From Aquifex aeolicus VF5 (lineage in GTDB: Bacteria > Aquificota > Aquificia > Aquificales > Aquificaceae), in the NCBI RefSeq assembly GCF_000008625.1, contig NC_000918.1, positions 1,519,336-1,551,335 of the forward strand: a DNA stretch of 32,000 bases, in the 5' to 3' direction. The position numbers were made by a program, and so were the translations under genes. The notes beneath the pieces are model-generated. The model ran no database searches. It saw only the letters and a list, made by a program, of their open reading frames with translations, and was not told where the DNA came from. Shown here one piece after another: positions 20,779 through 29,859 of this stretch; within the stretch, counting starts at the first letter, position 1, and every line of letters begins with the position of its first letter.

Positions 20779-22392
20779 GCAGTTCACGTAGAGAAGCCAT
20801 ATTTTCTCGGAACTTTAAGAGAGTGGCTCTTTACTACCGATCACAAAAAGATCGGAATACTTTACTTTACGACCAGCTTCCTCGTTTTCCTTATAGCGGG
20901 TGTATTTGGTCTGCTCGTAAGGCTGGAGCAGTCTGTGCCCGGGATGCAGGTCGTTGACTTCAAGACCTATAACTACTTACTTACCGGGCACGGAGTAGGA
21001 ATGCTCTTCTGGTGGGCTATAGCAGCTCACATAGGAGGATTCGGTAACTTCCTACTCCCCTTAATGATTGGAGCAAAAGACGTCGCATTTCCCAGACTGA
21101 ACGCGCTCAGCTGGTGGGCATTCTTTGCAGCAAACGTACTCTTCCTTATGACTCTTATCCCGGGAAACCACATAATGACTATGTGGACCGGATACCCACC
21201 CTTCTCCCTTAACAACGATGCGGGAGTAACAGCTCTCTACGTATTCGTAATGCACTTACTCGGAGCATCTTCTATAGCAACCGCTGTTAACTTCCTTGTT
21301 ACTTACATTACGATGAGAGCTCCCGGATACACCTTCTTCAAGACGAACCTCTTCGTACATACTCTCATAGCTGCTAACGTAATTCAGCTTGTAGGTGTTC
21401 CTTCTCTTGCAGGCGCAGTTACGATGCTCTTCCTTGACAAGTACCTCGGAACTAACTTCTTTAACCCCGCTAAGGGTGGAGACCCCCTCATATACCAGAA
21501 CATTTTCTGGTTCTACTCTCACCCTGTTGTTTACGTTCAAGTTCTACCGGTATTCGGTTTCTACTCCGAAATAATTCCCGTATTCGCAAGGAGACCTCTC
21601 TTCGGATACACCTCTATGGTATTTGCAGTTTGGGCAATAACGGCGGTAAGCTTCTTCCTATGGATACACCACATGTTCGTTTCCGGAGTACCCAACTGGA
21701 CAAGAGTACTTTTCTCCTACACCACACTCCTGATAGCAGTTCCCACAGGAATTAAAATCTTCAACTGGATGTTAACTCTATACAGAGGGGCAATTCACTT
21801 CAGATCACAAATGCTCTACGCACTCGGTGGAGTGTTCATGTTCCTCATAGGTGGTCTCACAGGGTTACCTCTTGGAATGGTCGCTATAGACCTGGGTGTA
21901 TCCGATTCTTTATTCGTAGTAGGACACTTCCACTACGTTCTCGGGATGGCTATTACCCTCGGAATTCTCGGAGCTGTAATACACTGGTTCCCCCTTGCAA
22001 CAGGAAAGTACTACCCTGAAAACCTCGGAAAACTCAGCTTCTGGCTCATATTCGCAGGAGCAAACATCTTCTACTTCCTCCAAATGGTCGCAGGTATGCT
22101 TGGTAATCCCAGAAGGTATCCTGACTATCCTCCCATACCCGAATGGACAACCCTCCACGTAATACAGACTATCGGAGCTCTCATACTCGGTGTAGGTGTA
22201 GTAATCTTCACATACGGAATAATTAAGGGACTCAAAAGCGGTGAAAAGGCTTCAGACAATCCCTGGAAGTCTCCTTCTCTTGAATGGAAGGTCGGAGTTC
22301 CCGCAAGGGCACACGGTCACGGAGACCATCCTCCCAGGGTAGAACCCGACTGGCACCCATACAGATACGACAAAGAAGAAATACTCAAGTGA
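20779..22392 (+). CDS. coxA: Cytochrome c oxidase subunit I, aa3-like; N-terminus anomalous
   Basis: HHMFVSGVPNW, HFHYVLGMAI etc. Subunit-I homology EKPYFLGTLREWLFTTDHKKIGILYF extends 5' of the track start at 20935, back to an in-frame TAA at 20776. Start not resolvable. Confidence 0.9.
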   Translation, partial: AVHVEKPYFLGTLREWLFTTDHKKIGILYFTTSFLVFLIAGVFGLLVRLEQSVPGMQVVDFKTYNYLLTGHGVGMLFWWAIAAHIGGFGNFLLPLMIGAKDVAFPRLNALSWWAFFAANVLFLMTLIPGNHIMTMWTGYPPFSLNNDAGVTALYVFVMHLLGASSIATAVNFLVTYITMRAPGYTFFKTNLFVHTLIAANVIQLVGVPSLAGAVTMLFLDKYLGTNFFNPAKGGDPLIYQNIFWFYSHPVVYVQVLPVFGFYSEIIPVFARRPLFGYTSMVFAVWAITAVSFFLWIHHMFVSGVPNWTRVLFSYTTLLIAVPTGIKIFNWMLTLYRGAIHFRSQMLYALGGVFMFLIGGLTGLPLGMVAIDLGVSDSLFVVGHFHYVLGMAITLGILGAVIHWFPLATGKYYPENLGKLSFWLIFAGANIFYFLQMVAGMLGNPRRYPDYPPIPEWTTLHVIQTIGALILGVGVVIFTYGIIKGLKSGEKASDNPWKSPSLEWKVGVPARAHGHGDHPPRVEPDWHPYRYDKEEILK

Positions 22393-22617
22393 TTTCTCCT
22401 CTTTCCTTCCTCTATATTTTTTTATTTGAAAAAATTAATTACTTTTTGATCACAAAATCACTTTTATCTTAAATTTGAGCTAAAACATAAAACAAAGAAA
22501 CATATTGATTTTCAATTAGTTTAATCTTGTCAGTAAGTTAGTATTACTTGACAATTACAAGTTTGAGGTGAAAAATTAATTATGTAGCTCATAAAAACTC
22601 GTGAGGAGGTGTGAAAA

Positions 22618-22743
22618 ATGAATGAAAAGCATGAACATGAGGAATTTTTCCCGTCGGGTACAATAGCATTTTTTATCTTCATGATGGTCTTTTATGCGGT
22701 TCTCTGGTTCATGATTTACTGGGTTCTACTTGAAAGGGGGTAA
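22618..22743 (+). CDS. 41-aa single-TM protein, probable ba3-type oxidase subunit IIa
   Basis: MNEKHEHEEFFPSGTIAFFIFMMVFYAVLWFMIYWVLLERG; SD GAGGAGGTGTG upstream; next gene starts 7 nt after its stop. Absent from the ORF track (<60 aa). Confidence 0.85.
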   Translation: MNEKHEHEEFFPSGTIAFFIFMMVFYAVLWFMIYWVLLERG

Positions 22744-22749
22744 GGAGAG

Positions 22750-23200
22750 ATGGACAGGGCTGAAAAAACAGGACTAACTTTAGCTTTAATACTTCTGCTT
22801 ACCTTCTTTAGCTTGATCGTTTACGCTGCAAAGGGACTCAAGATAGACATTCCCCACGTGTGTAACGGACGTAGAACCCTTCCAGGAAGGGAAACTCATT
22901 AAACACGGGGACAAGAGGTACGAACTCCACATACTCGCAAGGATGTGGTACTTTGATTTCAACAAAGGTGCTACCGAAATAAAGATACCCGTAGGTTCCG
23001 TAGTGGACATATTCACGACTTCAAAGGATGTAGTTCACGGTGTACATATTCATGGAACCAATTACAACGTAATGGCAATTCCCGGAACTGTTGGTTACAT
23101 GAGGATAAAGTTTGAAAAACCCGGAGTTTACCACGTTGTTTGCCACGAGTTCTGCGGTGTTGGTCACCATGCTATGCAAGGAAAAATAATCGTTGAATAA
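22750..23200 (+). CDS. coxB2: ba3-type cytochrome c oxidase subunit II (CuA), split by an apparent +1 frameshift
   Basis: Frame A 22750..22902 (MDRAEKTGLTLALILLLTFFSLIVYAAKGLKIDIP) and frame B up to 23200 (TCVTDVEPFQEGKLIKHGDKRYELHILARMWYFDFNKG...CHEFCGVGHHAM) join at the CCCC run 22852-22855. Confidence 0.85.
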
Positions 23201-23214
23201 AGGAGGTGTGGGTG

Positions 23215-24984
23215 ATGCAGGTGAGCAATGCAATTAAGTTTATAATCCTCACAGAAATTATATTTCCCACTCTACTTCTGGTGTTCGGTATATACCACGG
23301 TGTAATGCAGGTTTTCTATAGATCAGGAATTATAAAAGCTGAAAGCTTCCTCGGAATTGATTACTATCAAGGCCTAACACTCCACGGAGTTATAAACGTA
23401 ATCGTTTACACAACGATATTCATCGTTGGATTTTCCAACGCAATAGTAGCTTACTCACTCAAGAAACCCTTAAGGGAAAAAGTCCAGTGGATAGCCCTCG
23501 GAATGATGGTTATCGGAACCCTTATGGCAGCATGGGCTATGTTCACTGGAAGGGCAACCGTACTCTACACCTTCTACCCACCTCTAATAGCTCACTGGAC
23601 CTTCTACTTGGGAGCTGTACTCTTAGTACTAGGTTCACTGGTACCCTTTTTCTTTGATTGGATACCGAGTGCAATCCAGTGGAAGAGGGAAAATCCCGAC
23701 CAAAAACTTCCCCTTGCAGTATTCGGAACCTTTGTGAACTTCATCCTCTGGACCATAATGATCGTTCCCGTAGCGATTGAAATACTCTTCCAGCTCCTAC
23801 CCCTTTCTCTCGGACTCGTTGACGAGATTAACCCCTTACTTGCAAGAACTCTCTTCTGGTTCTTTGGACACCCGGTAGTTTACTTCTGGTTACTCCCCGC
23901 ATACGTAGCACTCTACACGATACTTCCCAAGATTGTTTCCGAAAAAGGAAAACTTTACTCTGACCCTGCAGCAAGACTTGCGTTCATACTCTTCCTAATA
24001 TTCTCACTGCCTGTAGGACTCCACCACCAGTTCACCGACCCTGGAATTACTAATACGTGGAAGCTCATACACGCACTCTTTACCTTCGGTGTTGCACTTC
24101 CCAGCATGATTACCGCGTTCACGGTTGCAACGTCTCTTGAGTACAGCGTAAAGGCTGAACACCCCGAACTCAAGAACTCCAAGTTCTACTGGTGGACCTT
24201 CCTGCCCTTCATGAGGCTTGAAGGAAACAAGTGGATGTTCTCCTACTTCTTCGCAGGACTCGTACTCTTCTTCATCGGAGGAATTACTGGAATAGTTAAC
24301 GCTTCTTACAACGTAAACCTCGTAGTTCACAACACCGCTTACGTTCCCGGACACTTCCACACGACAGTTGGTGGACTCGTATTACTCGTATTCTTCGCAC
24401 TATCCCTCTACATGGTATCCAAGCTAAGGGGAAGTGAAGTAAAACTGAAGGGACTAGCGGTTCTCGCACCCTACTTCTGGATGCAGGGAATGTTCATGTT
24501 CTCTTACGCTATGATGGTAGGAGGTGTAGTAGTAGGCTTCCCCAGAAGAACCAACGCAGGACTCACGTACCTGAACCCCGACTCTCCCCTCTACAGACCT
24601 GAGTGGACCGGATACGCACAGCTTGCGGCAGTTGGAGGAGTACTCCTCGCAATAGGATTTGCCTTCTACTTCGCATCACTCATAGCTACCGCTCTCGCTC
24701 CCAAAGTCAGGGAAAGTACCCTTGAGTTCCCCATAGCTGACGCTTACCACGACGCACCCGCACCCCTTCTCAACAATCTCAAAACTTGGACCGTAGCAGC
24801 TATAATTCTCGCAGTACTCTCCTACATACCGCCCCTTTACGACGCATCCGTAAGAGGAGTATTCTTCAAGTCACCCGCTTACAACGAAAAGTTCCCGATG
24901 CCTCTGAAACAGCTCCAAGGTGCTGAAAAGAAAGAAGAAAAGAAAGAACTCTCAAAAGCTGAAGGGGGTATCACTCAGAAATGA
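23215..24984 (+). CDS. coxA2: ba3-type (B-family) cytochrome c oxidase subunit I
   Basis: WFFGHPVVYFWLLPAYVALYT, GLHHQFTDPG, PGHFHTTVGG; ATG 23215 with SD AAGGAGGTG preferred over GTG 23206. Confidence 0.93.
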   Translation: MQVSNAIKFIILTEIIFPTLLLVFGIYHGVMQVFYRSGIIKAESFLGIDYYQGLTLHGVINVIVYTTIFIVGFSNAIVAYSLKKPLREKVQWIALGMMVIGTLMAAWAMFTGRATVLYTFYPPLIAHWTFYLGAVLLVLGSLVPFFFDWIPSAIQWKRENPDQKLPLAVFGTFVNFILWTIMIVPVAIEILFQLLPLSLGLVDEINPLLARTLFWFFGHPVVYFWLLPAYVALYTILPKIVSEKGKLYSDPAARLAFILFLIFSLPVGLHHQFTDPGITNTWKLIHALFTFGVALPSMITAFTVATSLEYSVKAEHPELKNSKFYWWTFLPFMRLEGNKWMFSYFFAGLVLFFIGGITGIVNASYNVNLVVHNTAYVPGHFHTTVGGLVLLVFFALSLYMVSKLRGSEVKLKGLAVLAPYFWMQGMFMFSYAMMVGGVVVGFPRRTNAGLTYLNPDSPLYRPEWTGYAQLAAVGGVLLAIGFAFYFASLIATALAPKVRESTLEFPIADAYHDAPAPLLNNLKTWTVAAIILAVLSYIPPLYDASVRGVFFKSPAYNEKFPMPLKQLQGAEKKEEKKELSKAEGGITQK

Positions 24985-25679
24985 AACTACTCTTTTCCTT
25001 CCTTTTCCTAATAACTTTTTTATTGGCCCAAACGGGAAGTACAGGAATTCCCCCGAATGAAGCCAAAACACTCGGAACATACGTTCCAGGTGATATTACC
25101 TTAGTGGATTCCTACGGAAATGAGTTCCAGTTGAAGAATCTCAAGGGAAAACCGATTATACTAAGCCCAATATACACCCACTGCAGAGCAGCATGTCCTT
25201 TAATTACTAAGAGTCTTTTAAAGGTTATCCCTAAGCTCGGGACTCCGGGAAAGGATTTCTGGGTAATTACATTCACCTTTGATCCGAAAGATACACTTGA
25301 AGATATTAAAAGGTTTCAAAAAGAGTATGGCATAGACGGGAAAGGCTGGAAAGTTGTAAAGGCTAAAACGAGTGAAGATTTATTTAAGCTTCTAGACGCG
25401 ATAGACTTCAGGTTTATGACGGCTGGAAACGACTTTATTCACCCGAATGTCGTAGTGGTTCTCTCACCAGAACTCCAGATAAAGGACTACATATACGGTG
25501 TGAATTACAATTACTTGGAATTCGTAAACGCTCTTAGACTTGCAAGAGGAGAAACCGCACTACCTGAAGGTTTCAGGTCCTACCTCTTCATTATTGGAAT
25601 GGTAGGACTGGTAGGTACCAGCGTTTACATAATGTACCTCTTGAACAGGATACTTCAAAAGAGGAAGAAGGCCGCGTAA
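24981..25679 (+). CDS. Second SCO1/SenC-family protein
   Basis: SPIYTHCRAACPLITKSLLKV (CXXXC), FTFDPKDTLEDIK, HPNVVVVLSPELQIKDYIYG; ATGA overlap with coxA2. Confidence 0.88.
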   Translation: MKLLFSFLFLITFLLAQTGSTGIPPNEAKTLGTYVPGDITLVDSYGNEFQLKNLKGKPIILSPIYTHCRAACPLITKSLLKVIPKLGTPGKDFWVITFTFDPKDTLEDIKRFQKEYGIDGKGWKVVKAKTSEDLFKLLDAIDFRFMTAGNDFIHPNVVVVLSPELQIKDYIYGVNYNYLEFVNALRLARGETALPEGFRSYLFIIGMVGLVGTSVYIMYLLNRILQKRKKAA

Positions 25680-26425
25680 ACGAGACCTATTAAAATCCTG
25701 TAAAATCCGAAAATCTTTAAGCTATGACTTTTTAAGAAATTTAGAAACCACTTGACTACGATGAGTGCAGTAATAAAGGAAGTGATAAAGCCGATGATCA
25801 AGATGTTCCATTCCTGTGCATTAAAGCTCCCTCCGCTTTTTATCAAATCGTAAGTGGTTGCTGCAAACATAGTTGGAATAGCGAGAAGGAAGGAAAACTC
25901 AGCCGCCACTTTTCTGTTCAAGCCCATAAGCATCCCGCCTATTATGGTAGAACCCGAGCGGGAAACCCCCGGAATTACCGCGATACTCTGAAACACACCT
26001 ATCATAAAAGCTTTTCTAAGAGGCAATTCTCTCACATCTCCGAGGTAGCAAAACTTTTCGCAGTAAGTGTCCGCAAAGATAAGGATTATCCCTCCGAGGA
26101 TCAGGGAAACAACAACTACGAGGTCATTTCCTATCAGAAATCCCTTTATTAACTTGTAAAGGAGAAACCCTATAATCCCTGTTGGTATAAAGGCGGCGAT
26201 TATCCTCTTCCAAATCTCGTAATCTCTAATAAGTCTGTTAAAGTAAAGAACAACTACCGCAAGAATGGAACCGAGCTGAATGGAAATCTCAAAGCTCTTT
26301 ACGAAATCCGTGTGCTTTATACCAAGAATGTGAGCTGTAAGGATGAGGTGTCCAGTAGAGGATATAGGCAAGAACTCCGAAATTCCCTCCACTATTCCTA
26401 GGACTACAGCTTGCCATTCTGTCAT
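25655..26425 (-). CDS. uppP: Undecaprenyl-diphosphatase
   Basis: VLGIVEGISEFLPISSTGHLIL and PGVSRSGSTI motifs. Confidence 0.96.
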   Translation of the reverse strand: MTEWQAVVLGIVEGISEFLPISSTGHLILTAHILGIKHTDFVKSFEISIQLGSILAVVVLYFNRLIRDYEIWKRIIAAFIPTGIIGFLLYKLIKGFLIGNDLVVVVSLILGGIILIFADTYCEKFCYLGDVRELPLRKAFMIGVFQSIAVIPGVSRSGSTIIGGMLMGLNRKVAAEFSFLLAIPTMFAATTYDLIKSGGSFNAQEWNILIIGFITSFITALIVVKWFLNFLKSHSLKIFGFYRILIGLVYAAFFLF

Positions 26426-26428
26426 GGG

Positions 26429-27184
26429 TTATATGATAAAGAACTTTATCTTTTCTCCCTCTTTTAAGTTGAACTTTTCCCTTGCGTTATCTACGGGAAC
26501 GAAAATTTCCATAAACCCGAAACTCCCGCAGGTGGCGTTTAACTTTCCTCTTTCCCCTGCAAGGAAGTAAGGAACAACCTTTAGCTTATCTTCTCTGAAT
26601 TCAGCGTATGCGTACTTTCCACAAGGAACGTTTGTAATCGCATTCCCGAACTTGTCAAAGTAAATAATTTCACCTTCTATAAAATCTTTTTCCCTTTTGG
26701 GCTCCGGAAATTTTAATTTCTCCCTGTACTCAATTCTCGGACCTATTTCCTCAGGTTTTACTCCTTTGCTCAAGTATGCGGCCACCGGGGCAAATACGTC
26801 CCTTCCGTGAAAGGTGTTGTTCTTTTTCGGAAGAGTGAACTTTTCGTTTTTTATTTCGTAGACCTCAAAGTCCTTTGCTTCTTTTATTACCAGGTCAAAC
26901 AGTCCGTTGTCAGGACCCACGAAGAAATACTTTTCAGTTTTTACGATTATCCCCTTTCTCTCTGAACCCACTCCCGGGTCTACAACACCTACAAAAACAC
27001 TTTTTTCCGGAAAATAAGAGTAATGGGCTTTGAGGAGGAGAGCACCCTCGAGTACGTTGAAGGAATCAACTTCGTGGGAGAGGTCAACAATCTGAACGGA
27101 AGGGTTTATGGAGAGGATGACCCCTTTTACGGCACCTACAAAACCGTCCTTTGTCCCGAAGTCCGTAAGGAGAACTATCGCCAT
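26429..27184 (-). CDS. SAM hydroxide adenosyltransferase (DUF62/fluorinase-related family)
   Basis: LLTDFGTKDGFVGAVKGVI, VFVGVVDPGVGSERKGI, FVGPDNGLF, FHGRDVFAPVAA. Confidence 0.9.
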   Translation of the reverse strand: MAIVLLTDFGTKDGFVGAVKGVILSINPSVQIVDLSHEVDSFNVLEGALLLKAHYSYFPEKSVFVGVVDPGVGSERKGIIVKTEKYFFVGPDNGLFDLVIKEAKDFEVYEIKNEKFTLPKKNNTFHGRDVFAPVAAYLSKGVKPEEIGPRIEYREKLKFPEPKREKDFIEGEIIYFDKFGNAITNVPCGKYAYAEFREDKLKVVPYFLAGERGKLNATCGSFGFMEIFVPVDNAREKFNLKEGEKIKFFII

Positions 27185-27672
27185 CAGTTGAGCATTCCGA
27201 GTATCTGGTGTCTTAACATGTGAGAGGGTTTGTAATCGGGCTTAATCTTTATAGCTTCTTCTATTTCTCTTAAGGCTTCGTAGAGTTTACCTTGTAACAT
27301 GTAAACCTTTGCGAGATTTATGTAAGGATAGTGCCTAGGTTCGTACCTCTTAGCCCTTTTAGCCTTTTCCAGCCACTCTATGGCCTCGTCCAGTTTTCCG
27401 AGCTCTATCAGGTAAGAACCTATGTCGTTGTAGGGATTTCCAAAGTCAGGGTCTATTTCTATAGCCCTTTTGCAAGCTTCTATAGCCCCTTCGTAATTTC
27501 CTCTCATGCTGTAAGCCCAGCCGAGGAAAGTCCAGGCTTCGGCTGTCGGGTAAACGTCTATAGACTTTCTATAAAGTTCTATGGCTTTATCAAGGTCTCC
27601 GAGCATGTGGTATTTATAGGCTTCTTCAAATAATTTCATCGCTTGTTCTTTTAGTCCTTCCATGGCAAGCAC
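27184..27672 (-). CDS. TPR-repeat protein
   Basis: Tandem 34-aa repeats, e.g. AEAWTFLGWAYSMRGNYEGAIEACKRAIEIDPDF. Confidence 0.9.
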   Translation of the reverse strand: MLAMEGLKEQAMKLFEEAYKYHMLGDLDKAIELYRKSIDVYPTAEAWTFLGWAYSMRGNYEGAIEACKRAIEIDPDFGNPYNDIGSYLIELGKLDEAIEWLEKAKRAKRYEPRHYPYINLAKVYMLQGKLYEALREIEEAIKIKPDYKPSHMLRHQILGMLN

Positions 27673-27774
27673 CTCCTATACTTTAATATACTTTTGTTAA
27701 ATTTTCTTAACAAGAGCAGACTAATATCCGATTTTTCAATTTTCGAAGCCTTATAAATCAAGTACTTGAAGATT

Positions 27775-27797
27775 ATTTAAGTGCAAAAAACTTAAAT
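27775..27797. promoter_or_regulatory. Inverted repeat just upstream of the groES -35, candidate operator
   Basis: ATTTAAGT-gcaaaaa-ACTTAAAT (8-nt arms); a second palindrome TCAAGTACTTGA lies at 27758..27769. Confidence 0.5.
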
Positions 27798-27803
27798 TAC
27801 CTC

Positions 27804-27832
27804 TTGACAAAATCCGAGGATGTTAATATAAT
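27804..27832 (+). promoter_or_regulatory. sigma-70-type groESL promoter
   Basis: Exact TTGACA (27804-27809), 17-nt spacer, exact TATAAT (27827-27832). Confidence 0.85.
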
Positions 27833-27876
27833 TTCTGGTGTAAGTAAACAGGTAAACCACGGAGGAGGTGGACGGA

Positions 27877-28245
27877 ATGAAATTAAGACCCCTTTACGAC
27901 AAAATAGTTGTTGAAAGGCTTGAAGAAAAGGAAGAGAAAACTCCTTCTGGTATCATCATCCCCGATACTGCAAAGGAAAAGCCTCAGCTCGGTAAGGTTG
28001 TAGCTGTAGGTCCTGGAAAGCTTTTAGACAACGGAGAACTTAAGCCTTTATCTGTTAAGGAAGGTGACGTAGTTCTCTTTAACAAGTACGCTGGTAACGA
28101 AGTAGAGATTGAAGGAAAGATTTACCTCGTTATGTCTGAAGACGAAGTTTTAGCTGTTGTTGAAGATTATTCAAGCTTAATAGGAGGTGAGGTGAGATGG
28201 CAGCAAAGGCAATTATCTACAACGAGGAAGCAAGGGCAAAACTAA
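27877..28245 (+). CDS. groES: Co-chaperonin GroES with 25-residue C-terminal extension
   Basis: [47 protein letters not shown]... then tail [28 protein letters not shown] 27877 with SD GGAGGAGG preferred over 27868. Confidence 0.96.
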   Translation: MKLRPLYDKIVVERLEEKEEKTPSGIIIPDTAKEKPQLGKVVAVGPGKLLDNGELKPLSVKEGDVVLFNKYAGNEVEIEGKIYLVMSEDEVLAVVEDYSSLIGGEVRWQQRQLSTTRKQGQN

Positions 28246-29834
28246 AGGCTGGTGTTGATAAACTCGCAAACGCAGTTAAGGTTACCTTAGGTCCAAAAGG
28301 TAGGGAAGTTATCTTAGGAAAGAACTGGGGAACTCCCGTTGTAACCAAGGACGGTGTTACGGTAGCTAAGGAAATTGAACTCAAGGACAAGTTTGAAAAT
28401 ATCGGAGCTCAACTCGTAAAAGAAGTTGCTTCCAAGACCGCGGACGTAGCAGGTGACGGAACTACCACCGCAACGGTACTCGCACAGGCAATATTCCACG
28501 AAGGACTCAGGGTTGCAGCAAGCGGTGCAAACGTAATGGAAGTAAAGAGGGGAATTGACAAGGCCGTAAAGAAAATTGTTGAAGAACTCAAGAAACTCTC
28601 CAAGGACGTAAAGGAAAGGAAGGAAATAGAACAGGTAGCTACCATATCCGCTAACAACGATCCCGAAATCGGAAAGATAATAGCGGACGCTATGGAAGAA
28701 GTTGGAAAGGACGGGGTTATAACTGTTGAAGAAAGCAAGTCCGCGGAAACCACCCTCGAAGTAGTTAAGGGAATGCAGTTTGACAGAGGATACCTATCTC
28801 CGTACTTTGTAACAGATCCTGAGAAGATGGAATGCGTACTAGAAAATCCCTACATACTCATATACGAAAAGAAGATAACCAACGTAAAGGAACTTCTTCC
28901 AATACTTGAACAAGTAGTAAGAAGCGGAAGACCACTTCTGGTTATAGCTGAAGACGTAGAAGGTGAAGCACTCGCAACACTCGTTGTAAACCACATCAAA
29001 GGAGTACTCAAGGCTTGTGCAGTAAAGGCTCCCGGATTCGGACAAAGGAGAAAGGACTACCTCGGAGATATTGCAGTTCTCACAGGCGGACAGGCTATAA
29101 CTGAAGACCTCGGAATTAAGCTTGAAAGCGTAACACTTGACATGCTCGGACAGGCTGAAAAGGTAGTGGTTGATAAAGAACACACCACCATAATAGGCGG
29201 TAAGGGAGATCCCGAACAAATAAAGGCAAGGATAGAACAAATAAAGAGACAAATTCAGGAAACAACCTCTGACTACGACAGGGAAAAGCTACAAGAAAGA
29301 CTCGCTAAACTCTCAGGTGGAGTTGCAATAATAAGGGTAGGTGCTGCAACCGAAGCTGAACTCAAAGAGAAGAAGTACAGAGTTGAAGACGCGGTACACG
29401 CAACCAAGGCTGCAGTAGAAGAAGGAATAGTTCCCGGTGGTGGAGTAGCACTTGTGAGGGCATCCGAAGCACTTGAAGACCTCAAAGGTGACAACCACGA
29501 TCAACAACTCGGAATAGACATAATCAAGAAGGCTGTAAGGACACCCCTCAAGCAAATAGCTTACAACGCAGGATACGACGGATCCGTAGTACTCGAAAAG
29601 GTGATTGAACTCGGAAAGGAAAAAGGTGTAAGCTGGGGATTCAACGCGGCAACCGGAGAGTACGTTGACATGTACGAAGCCGGAATAATAGATCCGACCA
29701 AAGTCGTAAGAACCGCTATAGAAAACGCGGCATCCGTAGCAGGAACGATGCTCACCGCTGAAGCACTGATAGCAGACCTTCCCGAAGAAAAGAAGAAAGA
29801 CATAACTCCCACTGACATGCCTGAACTTGACTAA
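28197..29834 (+). CDS. groEL: Chaperonin GroEL
   Basis: [40 protein letters not shown]; 49-nt overlap with groES. Confidence 0.98.
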   Translation: MAAKAIIYNEEARAKLKAGVDKLANAVKVTLGPKGREVILGKNWGTPVVTKDGVTVAKEIELKDKFENIGAQLVKEVASKTADVAGDGTTTATVLAQAIFHEGLRVAASGANVMEVKRGIDKAVKKIVEELKKLSKDVKERKEIEQVATISANNDPEIGKIIADAMEEVGKDGVITVEESKSAETTLEVVKGMQFDRGYLSPYFVTDPEKMECVLENPYILIYEKKITNVKELLPILEQVVRSGRPLLVIAEDVEGEALATLVVNHIKGVLKACAVKAPGFGQRRKDYLGDIAVLTGGQAITEDLGIKLESVTLDMLGQAEKVVVDKEHTTIIGGKGDPEQIKARIEQIKRQIQETTSDYDREKLQERLAKLSGGVAIIRVGAATEAELKEKKYRVEDAVHATKAAVEEGIVPGGGVALVRASEALEDLKGDNHDQQLGIDIIKKAVRTPLKQIAYNAGYDGSVVLEKVIELGKEKGVSWGFNAATGEYVDMYEAGIIDPTKVVRTAIENAASVAGTMLTAEALIADLPEEKKKDITPTDMPELD

Positions 29835-29840
29835 TTCCAG

Positions 29841-29859
29841 CCCCCTCTGGGGGTTTTTT
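29841..29859 (+). terminator. Rho-independent terminator of groESL
   Basis: CCCCC-TCT-GGGGG-TTTTTT starting 6 nt after the groEL stop. Confidence 0.85.

Noticed and set aside
21061-21540. Two minus-strand ORFs (64 and 94 aa) inside coxA
   Set aside because: Shadow ORFs opposite highly conserved oxidase sequence; low-complexity V/E/S/Y-rich translation typical of the antisense frame.
22393-22617. 225-nt AT-rich intergenic gap containing short T and A runs; considered as a small RNA or second terminator/promoter region
   Set aside because: Only a weak TTGACA-like element and no clear stem-loop with T-run or consistent -10 were found; not enough to call a specific element.
23955-24360. Minus-strand ORFs (75 and 118 aa) inside coxA2
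   Set aside because: Shadow ORFs opposite conserved transmembrane sequence; no independent start signals or recognisable domains.
28314-29818. Several minus-strand ORFs up to 137 aa inside groEL
   Set aside because: Antisense of a highly conserved gene; composition (Ser/Ala/Thr- or Tyr/Cys/Phe-rich) is an artefact of groEL codon bias.
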